A stretch of 64,000 nt of DNA from Piscinibacter defluvii (GCF_004011805.1 NZ_ML137196.1:369024-433023); one strand, 5' to 3'. Counted from the first letter of the stretch, positions 48,555 to 58,476 are shown. Translations and numbers: made by a program. Notes: generated by a model from the sequence alone, not told the origin.

Positions 48555-50867
48555 TCAGTGCGTCCGGCTGTCGGCGGCCGCCGCGACAGCGGGGGGGCTG
48601 TCGGCCGGAGCGAGCTTCGAAAATGATAGCGAAACTTGGGCGCCTTTCGCGGCGCTGCGGGAGGCGGCGGAGCCGGGAGTGTGCCCGCTCGCGGCGGCGT
48701 CCGCCACCCCGAGGTTGGCGATGCGCACCCGCGCCCCATGTTCGTCGGCGATCTTCTTGACCACTGCCAAGCCCAGCCCGGTGCCCTTGGCCTTGGTCGT
48801 TACATAGGGCTCGAAGGCGCGCTTGAGCACCTTGTCGGGGAAACCGTGGCCGTTGTCGCTGACCACGAGGCGCACCGAGCGCACCTCGCCATGCTCGCCG
48901 CGCGCGAGCTCGGTGCGCAGGCGCACATGGCCGTCGCTCTGGTCGGCCACGGCGTCGAAGGCGTTCTGCACCAGGTTGTGGATCACCTGGCGCAGCTGCG
49001 GACCGTCGCCGACGATGGCCGGCAGGTCGGGCGCCAGCTCGGCATGCAGCCGCCCGGCCTCCTGCGCCGCGCCGTACAGCGCGAGCACCTCGCCCACCAG
49101 CGCGTTCAGGTTCAGCGGCTTGAGGTTGGCGGCCGGCAGCCGCGCATAGTCGCGGAACTCGTTGACCAGCGTCTTCATCGCCTGCACCTGCGCGACGATG
49201 GTGGCCACCGAGCGTGCCAGCATGGCCTGGTCGGGCGCCTCGAGCTTGGCCTCGAGCTTGTGCTGCAGCCGCTCGGCCGAGAGCTGGATCGGCGTCAGCG
49301 GGTTCTTGATCTCGTGCGCCAGGCGCCGTGCCACCTCGCTCCAGGCCTCGCTGCGCTGCGCCGAGACGACCTCGGTGATGTCGTCGAAGACCATCAGCCG
49401 CGCGCCCTGCGGCATGGCCGCGCCGCGCACCAGCAGCGTCAGCGTGTCGCGGTCGCGGCCCTGCGCGTCCTGGGTCTGCAGCTCGAAGCTGTCCTGCCAC
49501 TGGTCGCGCTCGCCGGCCTCCGGGCTGGCGGCGTGCAGCTCGAAGCGCTGGCCGACGCGCTTGGCGAAGTCCACCAGCCCGGGCACCTCGTCCAGCGGCC
49601 GGCCGCGGTAGGCCGACAGCGGCAGCCGCACGATGCGCGTCGCGCCCGGGTTGACCGTCTCGATGCGGCCCTCGCGGTCGAACACGATCACGCCGGCGGT
49701 CAGGTTGTCGAGGATGGTCTGCAGGTTGGCGCGCGCGGACTCCACCTGCGTGACGCTGCGCTGCACCAGCTCGCGCGCCTCGGCGAGCTGCTCGGTCATG
49801 TCGGCGAAGGAGCGGGTCAGGCCGCCGAGTTCGTCGCGCGAGGCGAACACCGGCTTGGTCGAGAGGTCACCATGCGCGACCTGGTCCACGCCCTCGGCCA
49901 GCAGCAGCAGCGGCCGCGCCAGCTGGTTGCCCAGCAGCGCCGCCAGCAGCACCGCGCCGAACACCGCCAGCACCAGCGCCAGGGTCAGCGTGCCGATGTA
50001 CATGCGACGCAGGCCGTCGCGCGCCAGCGCGCGCTGCTGGTACTCGCGGTACGCGGCCTGCACCGACAGCGCGTTGGCTGTCAGCGTGGCCGGCAGCAGC
50101 TGGCGCACCATCAGGTAGCGCTGCTGGTCGTCGAGCGAGAGGTTGGCGCTCGGAATCATCGCGAGCACGCGGATGCGCGCCTGCGCGGCGTTGCCGCCGT
50201 CCTCGTCCAGGCCTTCGAGCACGCCGGTGACCCGCGCGACGCGTGCCTGGCGCAGCATCTCCGGCGTGGGCCGGTCCGGGAGCAGCCCGGCCGCGCTGCT
50301 GCTGGCGGCCACCAGCACCTGCCCGGCCGGGTTCAGCAGCGCCACCTCCTGCGCGGCGAGTTGCTCGCGCAGCCGCTCGAGCGCCAGCGCCTGCGCGGTG
50401 CCGGGCGTGTCGCCCAGCTTCTCGGCGGCCAGGCGGGTGCGCCCGGCCAGCTCGCTGACCAGCGCGTCGAGCGTGCCGCGGCCGAGGTTCAGGCCGGCAT
50501 CCAGCGCGCTCTCCACCTTCACGTCGAACCAGCTCTCGATGCTGCGCGAGACGAACTGGTAGCTCACCGTGTAGATCAGCAGCCCGGGCAGCACGCCCAC
50601 CAGGGCGAAGATCGCCGCCAGCTTGAGCAGCAACCGGCTGCCGAACTTGCGCCGCCGCACCCGCAGCACCAGCCTCACCGAGGCGATGCCGATCACCAGC
50701 GCCAGCAGCGAGGCCACCGTGACGTTGACCCAGAACAGCCACACGTAGTGGCGCTCGTACAGCGCCGGCCGGTTGGTCGCGACGGACAACAGGAAGGCCA
50801 GCACCAGGCCGGCGCCGGTGACGGCGACCAGGGCGACGATCCATGCCCATCGGGTGGCCTTCTTCAT
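48555..50867 (-). CDS. sensor histidine kinase (NtrY-like: N-terminal TM region, HAMP/PAS, HisKA, HATPase_c)
   Basis: MKKATRWAWIVALVAV... has TM helices. Then come HEIKNPLTPI (H-box), the N-box NLVQNAFDA, and the G-boxes DNGHGF / GTGLGL. 770 aa. Confidence 0.85.
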   Translation of the reverse strand: MKKATRWAWIVALVAVTGAGLVLAFLLSVATNRPALYERHYVWLFWVNVTVASLLALVIGIASVRLVLRVRRRKFGSRLLLKLAAIFALVGVLPGLLIYTVSYQFVSRSIESWFDVKVESALDAGLNLGRGTLDALVSELAGRTRLAAEKLGDTPGTAQALALERLREQLAAQEVALLNPAGQVLVAASSSAAGLLPDRPTPEMLRQARVARVTGVLEGLDEDGGNAAQARIRVLAMIPSANLSLDDQQRYLMVRQLLPATLTANALSVQAAYREYQQRALARDGLRRMYIGTLTLALVLAVFGAVLLAALLGNQLARPLLLLAEGVDQVAHGDLSTKPVFASRDELGGLTRSFADMTEQLAEARELVQRSVTQVESARANLQTILDNLTAGVIVFDREGRIETVNPGATRIVRLPLSAYRGRPLDEVPGLVDFAKRVGQRFELHAASPEAGERDQWQDSFELQTQDAQGRDRDTLTLLVRGAAMPQGARLMVFDDITEVVSAQRSEAWSEVARRLAHEIKNPLTPIQLSAERLQHKLEAKLEAPDQAMLARSVATIVAQVQAMKTLVNEFRDYARLPAANLKPLNLNALVGEVLALYGAAQEAGRLHAELAPDLPAIVGDGPQLRQVIHNLVQNAFDAVADQSDGHVRLRTELARGEHGEVRSVRLVVSDNGHGFPDKVLKRAFEPYVTTKAKGTGLGLAVVKKIADEHGARVRIANLGVADAAASGHTPGSAASRSAAKGAQVSLSFSKLAPADSPPAVAAAADSRTH

Positions 50868-50901
50868 GATCGCGGGCGCGTGGCCGGCAGTTCAGAGCGT
50901 G

Positions 50902-51510
50902 TCAGTCGACTTGCAGCGTCTTCTCGACCACCAGCGTCCAGTCGGTCGGGTTGCCGATGCCGATCTGCATCGGGCGCGGCAGCAGCGAGGTGTCGAGCCG
51001 GAAGCTGAACTCGAGGTAATGGCCGCCGCCCTCCAGCTGGCCGGCGTCCGCGATTTTCCACTGCACGCCGCGGCGGATCGCCGCCAGGGCCTCTGCGCGG
51101 GTGGTGTAGGTCTGGCTGATGCCGGCGAAGGTGACGCGGTAGTTGGAGGTCAGCGGCTGGTAGACGATGCGCCACTGCCGCGTGGCCCGCGCGACGCGCT
51201 TGTCGCGCCAGTACCAGCGCGAGCGCAGCAGCTCGGCGTCGGCCACGAAGTACAGCGGCACCGACTTGCCCAGCGCCTCCTCGGCGCCGCGCGGCAGCTC
51301 GAAGCTCAAGCCGTAGTCGAGGAAGAGGCCGTCGTCGTTGCGCTGCACCTCCAGGCTGGTCAGCTCGACGCCGGCGGACTGCGCCCGCGCCGCGCCCAGC
51401 CACGGCGCGAGCGACAGCCCCAGCGCCGCAGCGAGCAGGCGGCGCCGCGCAGCCCCGTCGCGGCGGTCGCGCGGGCTCTGTTGACCGGTGACGGGAGCCG
51501 CGCGTCGCAT
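50902..51510 (-). CDS. DUF4390 domain protein (signal-peptide-bearing)
   Basis: MRRAAPVTGQQ...RRRLLAAALGLSLAPWLGAARAQS then VELTSLEVQRNDDGLFLDYGLSFELP.... The position between rsmB and the ntrY-like kinase is conserved in Burkholderiales-type genomes. Confidence 0.65.
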   Translation of the reverse strand: MRRAAPVTGQQSPRDRRDGAARRRLLAAALGLSLAPWLGAARAQSAGVELTSLEVQRNDDGLFLDYGLSFELPRGAEEALGKSVPLYFVADAELLRSRWYWRDKRVARATRQWRIVYQPLTSNYRVTFAGISQTYTTRAEALAAIRRGVQWKIADAGQLEGGGHYLEFSFRLDTSLLPRPMQIGIGNPTDWTLVVEKTLQVD

Positions 51511-51523
51511 CGGGTCGGGGAGC

Positions 51524-52861
51524 TCAGGTTTTCTCGAGCAGCTGGTAGAAGAACCCGTCCGCAACGGCCGCCGTGGCGGGCTCCGGACGATCCGGACCAT
51601 TGTCGGGCAGCGGCAGCAGATGCCCGGGCGAGGCAGGCTCCGCAGGCACCTTGGCCTCCGGATGGCGTTGCAAAAAAGCGTCGATCTGTCCCTGTCCCTC
51701 GGCGCGGAACACCGAGCAGGTGGCGTACAGCAGCCGTCCGCCGGGTCGCAGCAGCGGCCACAGCGCCTCGAGCAGTGCCGCCTGGGTGGCGGCCAGCGCG
51801 TCGATGTCGGTGGCGCGGCGCAGCCAGCGCACGTCGGGATGCCGGCGCACGATGCCCGAGGCGCTGCAGGGCGCATCGAGCAGGATGGCGTCGAACGGCC
51901 GGCCGTCCCACCAGTCGGCCGGCCGTGCCGCATCGGCCGCCCGGGTCTGCGCCCGCAGCCCGAGGCGCGCCAGCGTCTCGTCGATGCGCTGCAGGCGCGC
52001 CGGGTCGCTGTCCAGCGCGAGCAGCTCGAGATCGGCGAGTTCGAGCAGGTGGGCGGTCTTGCCGCCCGGGGCGGCGCAGGCGTCCAGCACACGCGCGCCG
52101 GGCGGCAGGCCGGCGCCCAGCAGCAGCGGCGCGGCGCGCTGGGCAGCCAGGTCCTGCACCGAGACGTCGCCCGCGGCGAAGCCGGGCAGCCGCGTCACCG
52201 GGCAGGGTTGTGCCAGCACGATGGCCGCGTCGCCGGCCGGCGTGGCCTCCAGCCCCGCCGCCCGCAGCCGCGCCAGGTAGCCGGCCGCATCACCATGGCG
52301 CCGGTTCACGCGCAGCACCATCGGGGCACGCTGGTTGTCGGCCTCGAGCAGGGCCTGCCAGTGCTGCGGCCAGTCCTGCTGCAGGCGCTCGATCCACCAG
52401 CGCGGGTGGTTGTGGCGCGCCACCGGGTCGCGCTCGACCGCCTCCACCAGCGCGGCCTGCTCGCGCAGCCAGCGGCGCAGCACTGCGTTGACGAATCCGG
52501 CGCTGGACGCCTGGCGCCGCCGCGCGGCGGCCACCGCCTGGTCCACCAGCGTGTGCGGCGCATAGGGCGGGTTGCCGCGCGGCCAGAGCAGGGCCAGCGC
52601 GGTCAGCAGCAGTGCGTCCAGCGCCGCCGCCGGCGGACGCGGCACCAGGCGCTCGCGCAGCGCCTGCGCGCTGCCGAGCCAGCGCAGCGCGTGGAAACTC
52701 AGCGCCTGGGTCCCGGCGCGCGCCGCGGCGGGGCAGGCCGCCAGCGCGTCGTTCAGGCTGCGCCCGGCACGCACCGCGGCCACCGCGTCGGCCGCGTGGC
52801 GCAGCAGCCGTTCGAGCGGCAGGGCCTGCGCAGGGGGGGAAGCGGGCGCGGTGTCGTTCAC
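51524..52861 (-). CDS. rsmB: 16S rRNA (cytosine967-C5)-methyltransferase RsmB
   Basis: N-terminal NusB-like region, then the SAM-binding motif VLDACAAPGGKT, the catalytic PCSASG and ...YATCS. 445 aa. Confidence 0.85.
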   Translation of the reverse strand: MNDTAPASPPAQALPLERLLRHAADAVAAVRAGRSLNDALAACPAAARAGTQALSFHALRWLGSAQALRERLVPRPPAAALDALLLTALALLWPRGNPPYAPHTLVDQAVAAARRRQASSAGFVNAVLRRWLREQAALVEAVERDPVARHNHPRWWIERLQQDWPQHWQALLEADNQRAPMVLRVNRRHGDAAGYLARLRAAGLEATPAGDAAIVLAQPCPVTRLPGFAAGDVSVQDLAAQRAAPLLLGAGLPPGARVLDACAAPGGKTAHLLELADLELLALDSDPARLQRIDETLARLGLRAQTRAADAARPADWWDGRPFDAILLDAPCSASGIVRRHPDVRWLRRATDIDALAATQAALLEALWPLLRPGGRLLYATCSVFRAEGQGQIDAFLQRHPEAKVPAEPASPGHLLPLPDNGPDRPEPATAAVADGFFYQLLEKT

Positions 52862-52951
52862 CGTGCCCAGTCTACGGGCGCTCCGGCGCCCCGCGGCGGT
52901 GCGCCCGGGGCTGCGCTACCCTGTCGGCCTCAGCTTCACCGAATTGCGCCC

Positions 52952-53686
52952 ATGCCCCCCGAAACCGCCACGCCGATCTTCCGCTCCGAGGACGAGATGG
53001 CGCGCCTGCCGGCCTCCGAGCGCATCCGCTACCGGCTGGTGGGTGCGCAGTGCCGCTACCACGCCAACGACAACATCGCCGACTTCATCGCCGACGGCGA
53101 GCTCGAGGAGCTGCAAGGCGAGGTCGAGTCGAAGATGAAGGAGGTGCTGCGCTCGCTCGTCATCGACACCGAGAGCGACCACAACACCAACGACACCGCC
53201 AAGCGCGTGGCCAAGATGTTCCTGCGCGAGGTGTTCAAGGGCCGCTACGAGGCGATGCCCTCTGTCACCGAGTTCCCGAACGTCTCGCGCCTGAACGAGC
53301 TGATGATCGTCGGGCCGGTGAAGGTGCGCAGCGCCTGCTCGCACCACCTGTGCCCGATCCTCGGCAAGGTGTGGATCGGCGTGCTGCCCAACGAGTTCTC
53401 CAACCTGATCGGGCTGTCGAAGTACGCCCGCATCTGCGACTGGGTCATGAGCCGACCGCAGATCCAGGAGGAGGCGGTGATCATGCTGGCCGACGAATTG
53501 CAGGAGCGCGTCAAGCCCGACGGCCTGGCCATCGTGATGGAGGCCGACCACTTCTGCATGCACTGGCGCGGCGTGAAGGACGACGAATCGATGATGACCA
53601 ACAGCGTGATGCGTGGCGCGTTCCTGAAGGACGCCAACCTGCGGCGCGAGTTCCTGTCGCTGCTGTCGAAGAAGAACGGGGGCTGA
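52952..53686 (+). CDS. folE: GTP cyclohydrolase I
   Basis: ...NDTAKRVAKMFLREV...ACSHHLCPI...AIVMEADHFCMHWRGV are the FolE signature zinc-binding and active-site motifs. About 244 aa. Confidence 0.85.
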   Translation: MPPETATPIFRSEDEMARLPASERIRYRLVGAQCRYHANDNIADFIADGELEELQGEVESKMKEVLRSLVIDTESDHNTNDTAKRVAKMFLREVFKGRYEAMPSVTEFPNVSRLNELMIVGPVKVRSACSHHLCPILGKVWIGVLPNEFSNLIGLSKYARICDWVMSRPQIQEEAVIMLADELQERVKPDGLAIVMEADHFCMHWRGVKDDESMMTNSVMRGAFLKDANLRREFLSLLSKKNGG

Positions 53687-53688
53687 CG

Positions 53689-54114
53689 ATGCTCGTGAGA
53701 CTGCTGTACGCCAGCCGCGCGGCCGAGGGCGTGGGCCAGGAGGAACTGGCCGCGATCCTGCGCAAGTCGCGCCAGCACAACCCGGGCACCGGGGTCACCG
53801 GGCTGCTGTGCCTGTCCGGCGGCATCTTCCTGCAGGTGCTCGAGGGCGGGCGCTCGCAGGTCAGCGCGCTGTACAACCGCATCGCCCAGGACCCGCGGCA
53901 CCGCGACGTGGTGCTGCTGACCTACGACGAGATCGCCGAGCGGCGTTTCGCCGGCTGGTCGATGGGCGTGATCGACCTGTCGCGCCTGAACCCGGCCCTG
54001 CTGCTGAAGTACTCCGAGAAGGCGGTGCTCGACCCCTACACGCTCTCGGGCAAGGTCTCGATGGCACTGTTCGAGGAGCTGATCGCCACCGCGTCGGTGA
54101 CCTGCTCGCCGTGA
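53689..54114 (+). CDS. BLUF-domain blue-light photoreceptor (short, stand-alone)
   Basis: MLVRLLYASRAAEGVGQEELAAILRKSRQHNPGTGVTGLLCLSGGIFLQVLEG carries the BLUF signature (conserved Tyr in LYAS, Gln in FLQVLEG, plus the NPGTGVTG segment). 141 aa. The start is 3 nt after the folE stop. Confidence 0.75.
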   Translation: MLVRLLYASRAAEGVGQEELAAILRKSRQHNPGTGVTGLLCLSGGIFLQVLEGGRSQVSALYNRIAQDPRHRDVVLLTYDEIAERRFAGWSMGVIDLSRLNPALLLKYSEKAVLDPYTLSGKVSMALFEELIATASVTCSP

Positions 54115-54129
54115 TGACGGGCGAGTGGC

Positions 54130-54954
54130 CTACAGGCCCAGCCAGGTGCCGAGCTTGAGCAGCTCCTGCTCGTCGTAGCGCTCGAAGCCGCTGTACTTGA
54201 TCGGCTCGAGCTTCTTGCGGCCCTCGTCCGACCCGTCCAGGCCGACCAGGTACTCGCGCACCCGGGCGGACTGTTCCTCGCCGAGCGTCGGGCTGGCCAG
54301 GATGTGCTTGATCGGCACCGGCCTGGACTGCGCCAGCACCTTGCCGCCCTTGCCCAGCCAGGCCTTGACCACGCCGCCGGCCGCGGTGGCGCCCGAGGTG
54401 GTGAGGTTGTTCTCGACGAAGAACGGCACCGCGTCCTGGTAGCGCGTGTAGGTGATCGCCACGTCCGCCGGCGCCACGCCCGCGTCGCGCAGCGTGGCGC
54501 GCACCATCCAGGCGGTGATCGAGTCCTCGTCGGGGGCGCCGAGCTTGCGGCCCTTCAGGTCGGCCAGCGAGCTCAGGGTCGAATCCGCCTTGACGAGGAA
54601 GCTGGCGCGGTACTGCTGGAAGCCCTTGGTGACGACCAGCAGCCGGTAGCCGTTGTTCTTGATCGCCCCGATCGACACATGCGCGGGGTGGATCATCGCC
54701 AGGTCGTACTGCTTCGCGGCCAGGCCGGCGCGCAGCTGCTTGTAGTCGCCCACCGGCTCGATGGTGACCGGCTGCTTGAGCAGCTTGGACAGGTCGGCCG
54801 CGATCGCCGAATAGCGGCCGCGCACCTCCTCGAGCGGCACGCGGTAGGTGACGCCCTCGTTGACGGCGAACACCAGGGCCTGCGCGGCACTCCCCGCGGC
54901 CAGCAGCGCGGCTGCGGCCAATGCTCGAAACGCTCGTGTCAGGATGTTCTCCAC
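54130..54954 (-). CDS. periplasmic substrate-binding protein, phosphate/phosphonate ABC transporter (PhnD-like), orphan
   Basis: Signal peptide MENILTRAFRALAAAALLAAGSAAQA, then a PBP2 fold with PhnD-like motifs (YRVPLEEV..., LVVTKGFQQYRASFLVKADS). No permease or ATPase gene is adjacent. Confidence 0.6.
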   Translation of the reverse strand: MENILTRAFRALAAAALLAAGSAAQALVFAVNEGVTYRVPLEEVRGRYSAIAADLSKLLKQPVTIEPVGDYKQLRAGLAAKQYDLAMIHPAHVSIGAIKNNGYRLLVVTKGFQQYRASFLVKADSTLSSLADLKGRKLGAPDEDSITAWMVRATLRDAGVAPADVAITYTRYQDAVPFFVENNLTTSGATAAGGVVKAWLGKGGKVLAQSRPVPIKHILASPTLGEEQSARVREYLVGLDGSDEGRKKLEPIKYSGFERYDEQELLKLGTWLGL

Positions 54955-54963
54955 AGTCGAAGA

Positions 54964-55296
54964 CTAGGACGGATCGGAACCACCCTCGCGTGACGGAGTG
55001 GGCATAGCCCGATCCAGCCATGCAACCAGATGTTGCAGCGGCGCGTCGACCTCCACCGCCTTGCGCCGCGCGCTCGTGCCGCGCACCAGCTCGAGGCCGC
55101 GGCGCGGCACGCCGAGTTGCCCGGCCAGCCAGCGCAGCAGCGCCTCGTTGGCCTTGCCGTCGACCGGCGGCGCGGCCAGCCGCACGCGCAGCGCCCCGTC
55201 GTGCAGGCCGTCGATGGCGGTGCGTCTGGCGTTGGGCACCACGCTCAGCGCGAGGCGCGTGCGCTCGCCGTGCGCCGAGACGCAGGGCCAGTCCAT
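54964..55296 (-). CDS. DUF167 (YggU-like) family protein
   Basis: MDWPCVSAHGERTRLALSVVPNARRTAIDGLHDGALRVRLAAPPVDGKANEALLRWLAGQLGVPRRGLELVRGTSARRK matches the conserved DUF167 core. 110 aa. Confidence 0.65.
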   Translation of the reverse strand: MDWPCVSAHGERTRLALSVVPNARRTAIDGLHDGALRVRLAAPPVDGKANEALLRWLAGQLGVPRRGLELVRGTSARRKAVEVDAPLQHLVAWLDRAMPTPSREGGSDPS

Positions 55297-55309
55297 CGAC
55301 AAACCGGGC

Positions 55310-57868
55310 TCAGGCCTTGGCCTTCTTCGCCGCGGCCTTCTTGGCCGGTGCCTTGGCCGCGCGCGGTTCGAACTCGAACACCACCTTGCCCTCCTTCTTG
55401 TCGTAGGCGAGGAAGGCCTTGAACTTGCGCCGCGTCTTGTTGGAGACGAAGTTCTCCAGCAGGTCGGTCTTGCCGCTGGCCAGCAGCTTGCCCATCTGCT
55501 CGCGCGCCACCGGCTGCTGCAGGATGATCTTGCCGCTCTTGAAGTCGCAGGTGACGTGCGCGCCGACCGCGTGCTCGCAGACGTAGCTCGTGCCATGCTC
55601 GAACACCTTGCCCTGGCACTTGGGGCAATGGCCGAGCGACTCCTGCCCGGAGAAGTCCACCGGCTCGCCGTCGCCCTCGGCCTTGCGCGCGTCGTCGCCG
55701 AAGTCGAACTCGAGCTTCCAGTTCGAGATCTCCTCGTCGTAGGCGAGCTTGAGTTCGGCCGTGAACGGCCAGCCCGCCTTGGAGCGGAAGCCCTCCAGCG
55801 GGCCGATCTTCTTGTTGGCGATGAACTGCTCCACCTCGTCGAGCTCGAAGCTGCGCCCGCCGGGGATCTTGCTGATCGAGAACTCGCACTTCTCGCAGGC
55901 GAAGCGGCGGTAGTTCTCCTTCACCACGCCGCCGCAGTTCGGGCAGGGCACCGCGAGCGTCGCGTAGTCGCCGGGAATCGTGTCGCGGTCGTACTCCTTG
56001 GCCTTCTTGACGATGCGCTCGGCCATCGCGGCGATCTCGGCCATGAAGGCCTCGCGCTGCAGCCGGCCCTTCTCCATCTCGGCGAGCTGGTACTCCCAGT
56101 TGCCGGTGAGCTCGGGCTTGGTCAGGTCCTCCACGCCCAGGCCGCGCAGCAGCGTCATCAGCTGGAAGGCCTTGGCCGAGGGCACCAGCTCGCGGCCCTC
56201 GCGGTGCATGTACTTCTCGAGGATCAGGCCCTCGATGATCGCCGCGCGCGTGGCCGGCGTGCCCAGGCCCTTCTCCTGCATCGCCTCGCGCAGCTCGTCG
56301 TCGTCGATCAGCTTGCCCGCGCCTTCCATCGCCGAGAGCAGCGTGGCCTCGGTGTAGCGCGGCGGCGGCTTGGTCTTGAGCGCCTGCACGTCCACGCCTT
56401 CCGTGCGCACCAGCTCGCCCGGCGCCACCGCCACGAGGTTGGCGTCCTCGCCCTGCTCCTCGCGCCCGTAGACGGCCAGCCAGCCCGGCTTCACCAGCAC
56501 CTTGCCGTTGGTCTGGAAGCTGAACTCGCGGCCGCCGTTCTTCACCGTGCTGATGCGCGTCGTGACCAGGAACTCGGCCGACGGGAAGAACACCGCCAGG
56601 AAGCGCTTGACCACCATGTCGTACAGCTTGGCCTCGATCTCGCTCAGGCTCTTCGGGGGCTGCAGCGTCGGGATGATCGCGAAGTGGTCCGACACCTTGG
56701 CGTTGTCGAACACGCGCTTGGTCGGCTTGACGTAGCCCTCCTTCAGCGCGAGCTTGGCATGCGGCGAGAGCGCGGCCTTCAGCGGACCGGGCAGGTCCTC
56801 CTTGGCGAGCATCTCGACCGTGCTCTTCACGGTGCCGAGGTAGTCCTCCGGCAGCGCGCGCGAGTCGGTCCGCGGGTAGGTCAGCACCTTGTGCTTCTCG
56901 TACAGCGCCTGCGCGAGCGAGAGCGTCGTCTTGGCGGAGAAGCCGAAGCGCGAGTTCGCCTCGCGCTGCAGCGTCGTCAGGTCGTACAGCAGCGGGCTGG
57001 CCTGGGTGCTGGGCTTGGCCTCCTCGGTGACGCTGGCCGGCTCGCCGCGGCAGGCCTGGGCGATGGCCTGCGCGTCGGCCTCGTTCCAGAGCCGGTCGGC
57101 GCGCTGCTCGGCATCGTCCGGGTTCTTCTTCCACTTCGGGTCGAACCACTTGCCCTCGTACTCGCCGGCCTGCGCGGCGAAGGTGGCGCGCACCTCCCAG
57201 TAGTCGCGCGCCACGTGCTTGCGGATCTTCTCCTCGCGTTCGACCACGATCGACAGCGTCGGCGTCTGCACCCGGCCGACCGTGGTGAGGAAGAAGCCGC
57301 CGTCGCGCGAGTTGAAGGCCGTCATCGCGCGCGTGCCGTTGATGCCCACCAGCCAGTCGGCCTCGGAGCGGCTGCGCGCGGCCTCGGCCAGGCCGTGCAG
57401 ATCGGCATCGCTGCGCAGGTTCTCGAAGCCCTCGCGGATGGCCGCCGGCGTCATGCTCTGCAGCCACAGCCGCCGGACCGGGTGCTTGCTCTTGGCGTGC
57501 TGCTGGATCAGCCGGAAGATCAGCTCGCCCTCGCGGCCGGCGTCGCAGGCGTTGATCAGGTCGCCGACGTCCTTGCGCTTGACGAGCTTGACGATCGCGT
57601 TGAGCCGGCTCTTGGTCTTGTCGATCGGGTTCAGCTCGAAGTGCGGCGGGATCACCGGCAGGTGCGCGAAGCTCCACTTGCCGCGCTTGACGTCGTACTC
57701 CTCCGGCGCCTTGATCTCCAGGAGGTGGCCGACGGCCGAGGTGACGATGTAGCGCTCGTTCTCGAAGTACTCGTCGTGCTTCTCGAACTTGCCCACCGAC
57801 GGCGTGAGTGCGCGCACGATGTCCTGCGCGACGGAAGGCTTCTCGGCGATGATCAGTGACTTGCTCAT
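55310..57868 (-). CDS. topA: DNA topoisomerase I
   Basis: MSKSLIIAEKPSVAQDIVRAL... Toprim domain, an active-site region, and C-terminal Zn-ribbon repeats (CPNCGG, CEKC, CPKCQGKV). 852 aa. Confidence 0.9.
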   Translation of the reverse strand: MSKSLIIAEKPSVAQDIVRALTPSVGKFEKHDEYFENERYIVTSAVGHLLEIKAPEEYDVKRGKWSFAHLPVIPPHFELNPIDKTKSRLNAIVKLVKRKDVGDLINACDAGREGELIFRLIQQHAKSKHPVRRLWLQSMTPAAIREGFENLRSDADLHGLAEAARSRSEADWLVGINGTRAMTAFNSRDGGFFLTTVGRVQTPTLSIVVEREEKIRKHVARDYWEVRATFAAQAGEYEGKWFDPKWKKNPDDAEQRADRLWNEADAQAIAQACRGEPASVTEEAKPSTQASPLLYDLTTLQREANSRFGFSAKTTLSLAQALYEKHKVLTYPRTDSRALPEDYLGTVKSTVEMLAKEDLPGPLKAALSPHAKLALKEGYVKPTKRVFDNAKVSDHFAIIPTLQPPKSLSEIEAKLYDMVVKRFLAVFFPSAEFLVTTRISTVKNGGREFSFQTNGKVLVKPGWLAVYGREEQGEDANLVAVAPGELVRTEGVDVQALKTKPPPRYTEATLLSAMEGAGKLIDDDELREAMQEKGLGTPATRAAIIEGLILEKYMHREGRELVPSAKAFQLMTLLRGLGVEDLTKPELTGNWEYQLAEMEKGRLQREAFMAEIAAMAERIVKKAKEYDRDTIPGDYATLAVPCPNCGGVVKENYRRFACEKCEFSISKIPGGRSFELDEVEQFIANKKIGPLEGFRSKAGWPFTAELKLAYDEEISNWKLEFDFGDDARKAEGDGEPVDFSGQESLGHCPKCQGKVFEHGTSYVCEHAVGAHVTCDFKSGKIILQQPVAREQMGKLLASGKTDLLENFVSNKTRRKFKAFLAYDKKEGKVVFEFEPRAAKAPAKKAAAKKAKA

Positions 57869-57984
57869 GGACAGGGGTTGCGCGGCACCCGCCGGGGCGT
57901 GTTCCGCGTCATCAATACAATCCGGGCTCTCGCGCGCACGCATACGCGCGCGCGCCCATGATTTCAATGTACCCAAACCGAACG

Positions 57985-58476
57985 ATGGCGCAAGCAAGCA
58001 ACGGCAAGCAGCATCCCGCGGCCGAGGCCGGCGGCCGGCGCATCCAGGTGCGCCGCTCCGGCGTGCACGGCAAGGGCGTGTTCGCGCTGCAGCCCATCGC
58101 GCGCGGCGACGTCGTCATCGAGTACAAGGGCGAGGTCATCTCCTGGCCCGAGGCACTGCGCCGCCATCCGCACGACCCGAGCGACCCGAACCACACCTTC
58201 TACTTCCACATCGACGACAAGCATGTCATCGATGCCAAGGTCGGCGGCAATGCGGCGCGCTGGATCAACCACGCCTGCCAGCCCAACTGCGAGGCCGACG
58301 AGGTGGACGGCCGCGTCTTCATCAAGGCCCTGCGCGCCATCCGGCCCGGCGAGGAGCTGTTCTACGACTACGGCCTGGTGATCGACGAGCGCTACACGCC
58401 GAAGCTGAAGAAGCAGTTCGAATGCCGCTGCGGCGCGAAGGCCTGCCGCGGCACCATGCTGGCGCCCAAACGCTGA
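57985..58476 (+). CDS. SET-domain protein (putative protein lysine methyltransferase)
   Basis: GKGVFALQPIARGDVVIEYKGEVIS..., then ARWINHACQPNCEA (NHxCxPN motif) and ELFYDYG, then a C-terminal CRCGAKACRG post-SET Cys cluster. About 163 aa. The start is uncertain; an alternative ATG lies at about 57958. Confidence 0.65.
   Translation: MAQASNGKQHPAAEAGGRRIQVRRSGVHGKGVFALQPIARGDVVIEYKGEVISWPEALRRHPHDPSDPNHTFYFHIDDKHVIDAKVGGNAARWINHACQPNCEADEVDGRVFIKALRAIRPGEELFYDYGLVIDERYTPKLKKQFECRCGAKACRGTMLAPKR

Noticed and set aside
48636-51008. 790-aa plus-strand ORF antisense to the histidine kinase, and similar ORFs 54998..57859 + and 55245..57677 - over topA
   Set aside because: These are antisense or alternative-frame artefacts of high GC. 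The kinase and topA frames carry unambiguous motifs.
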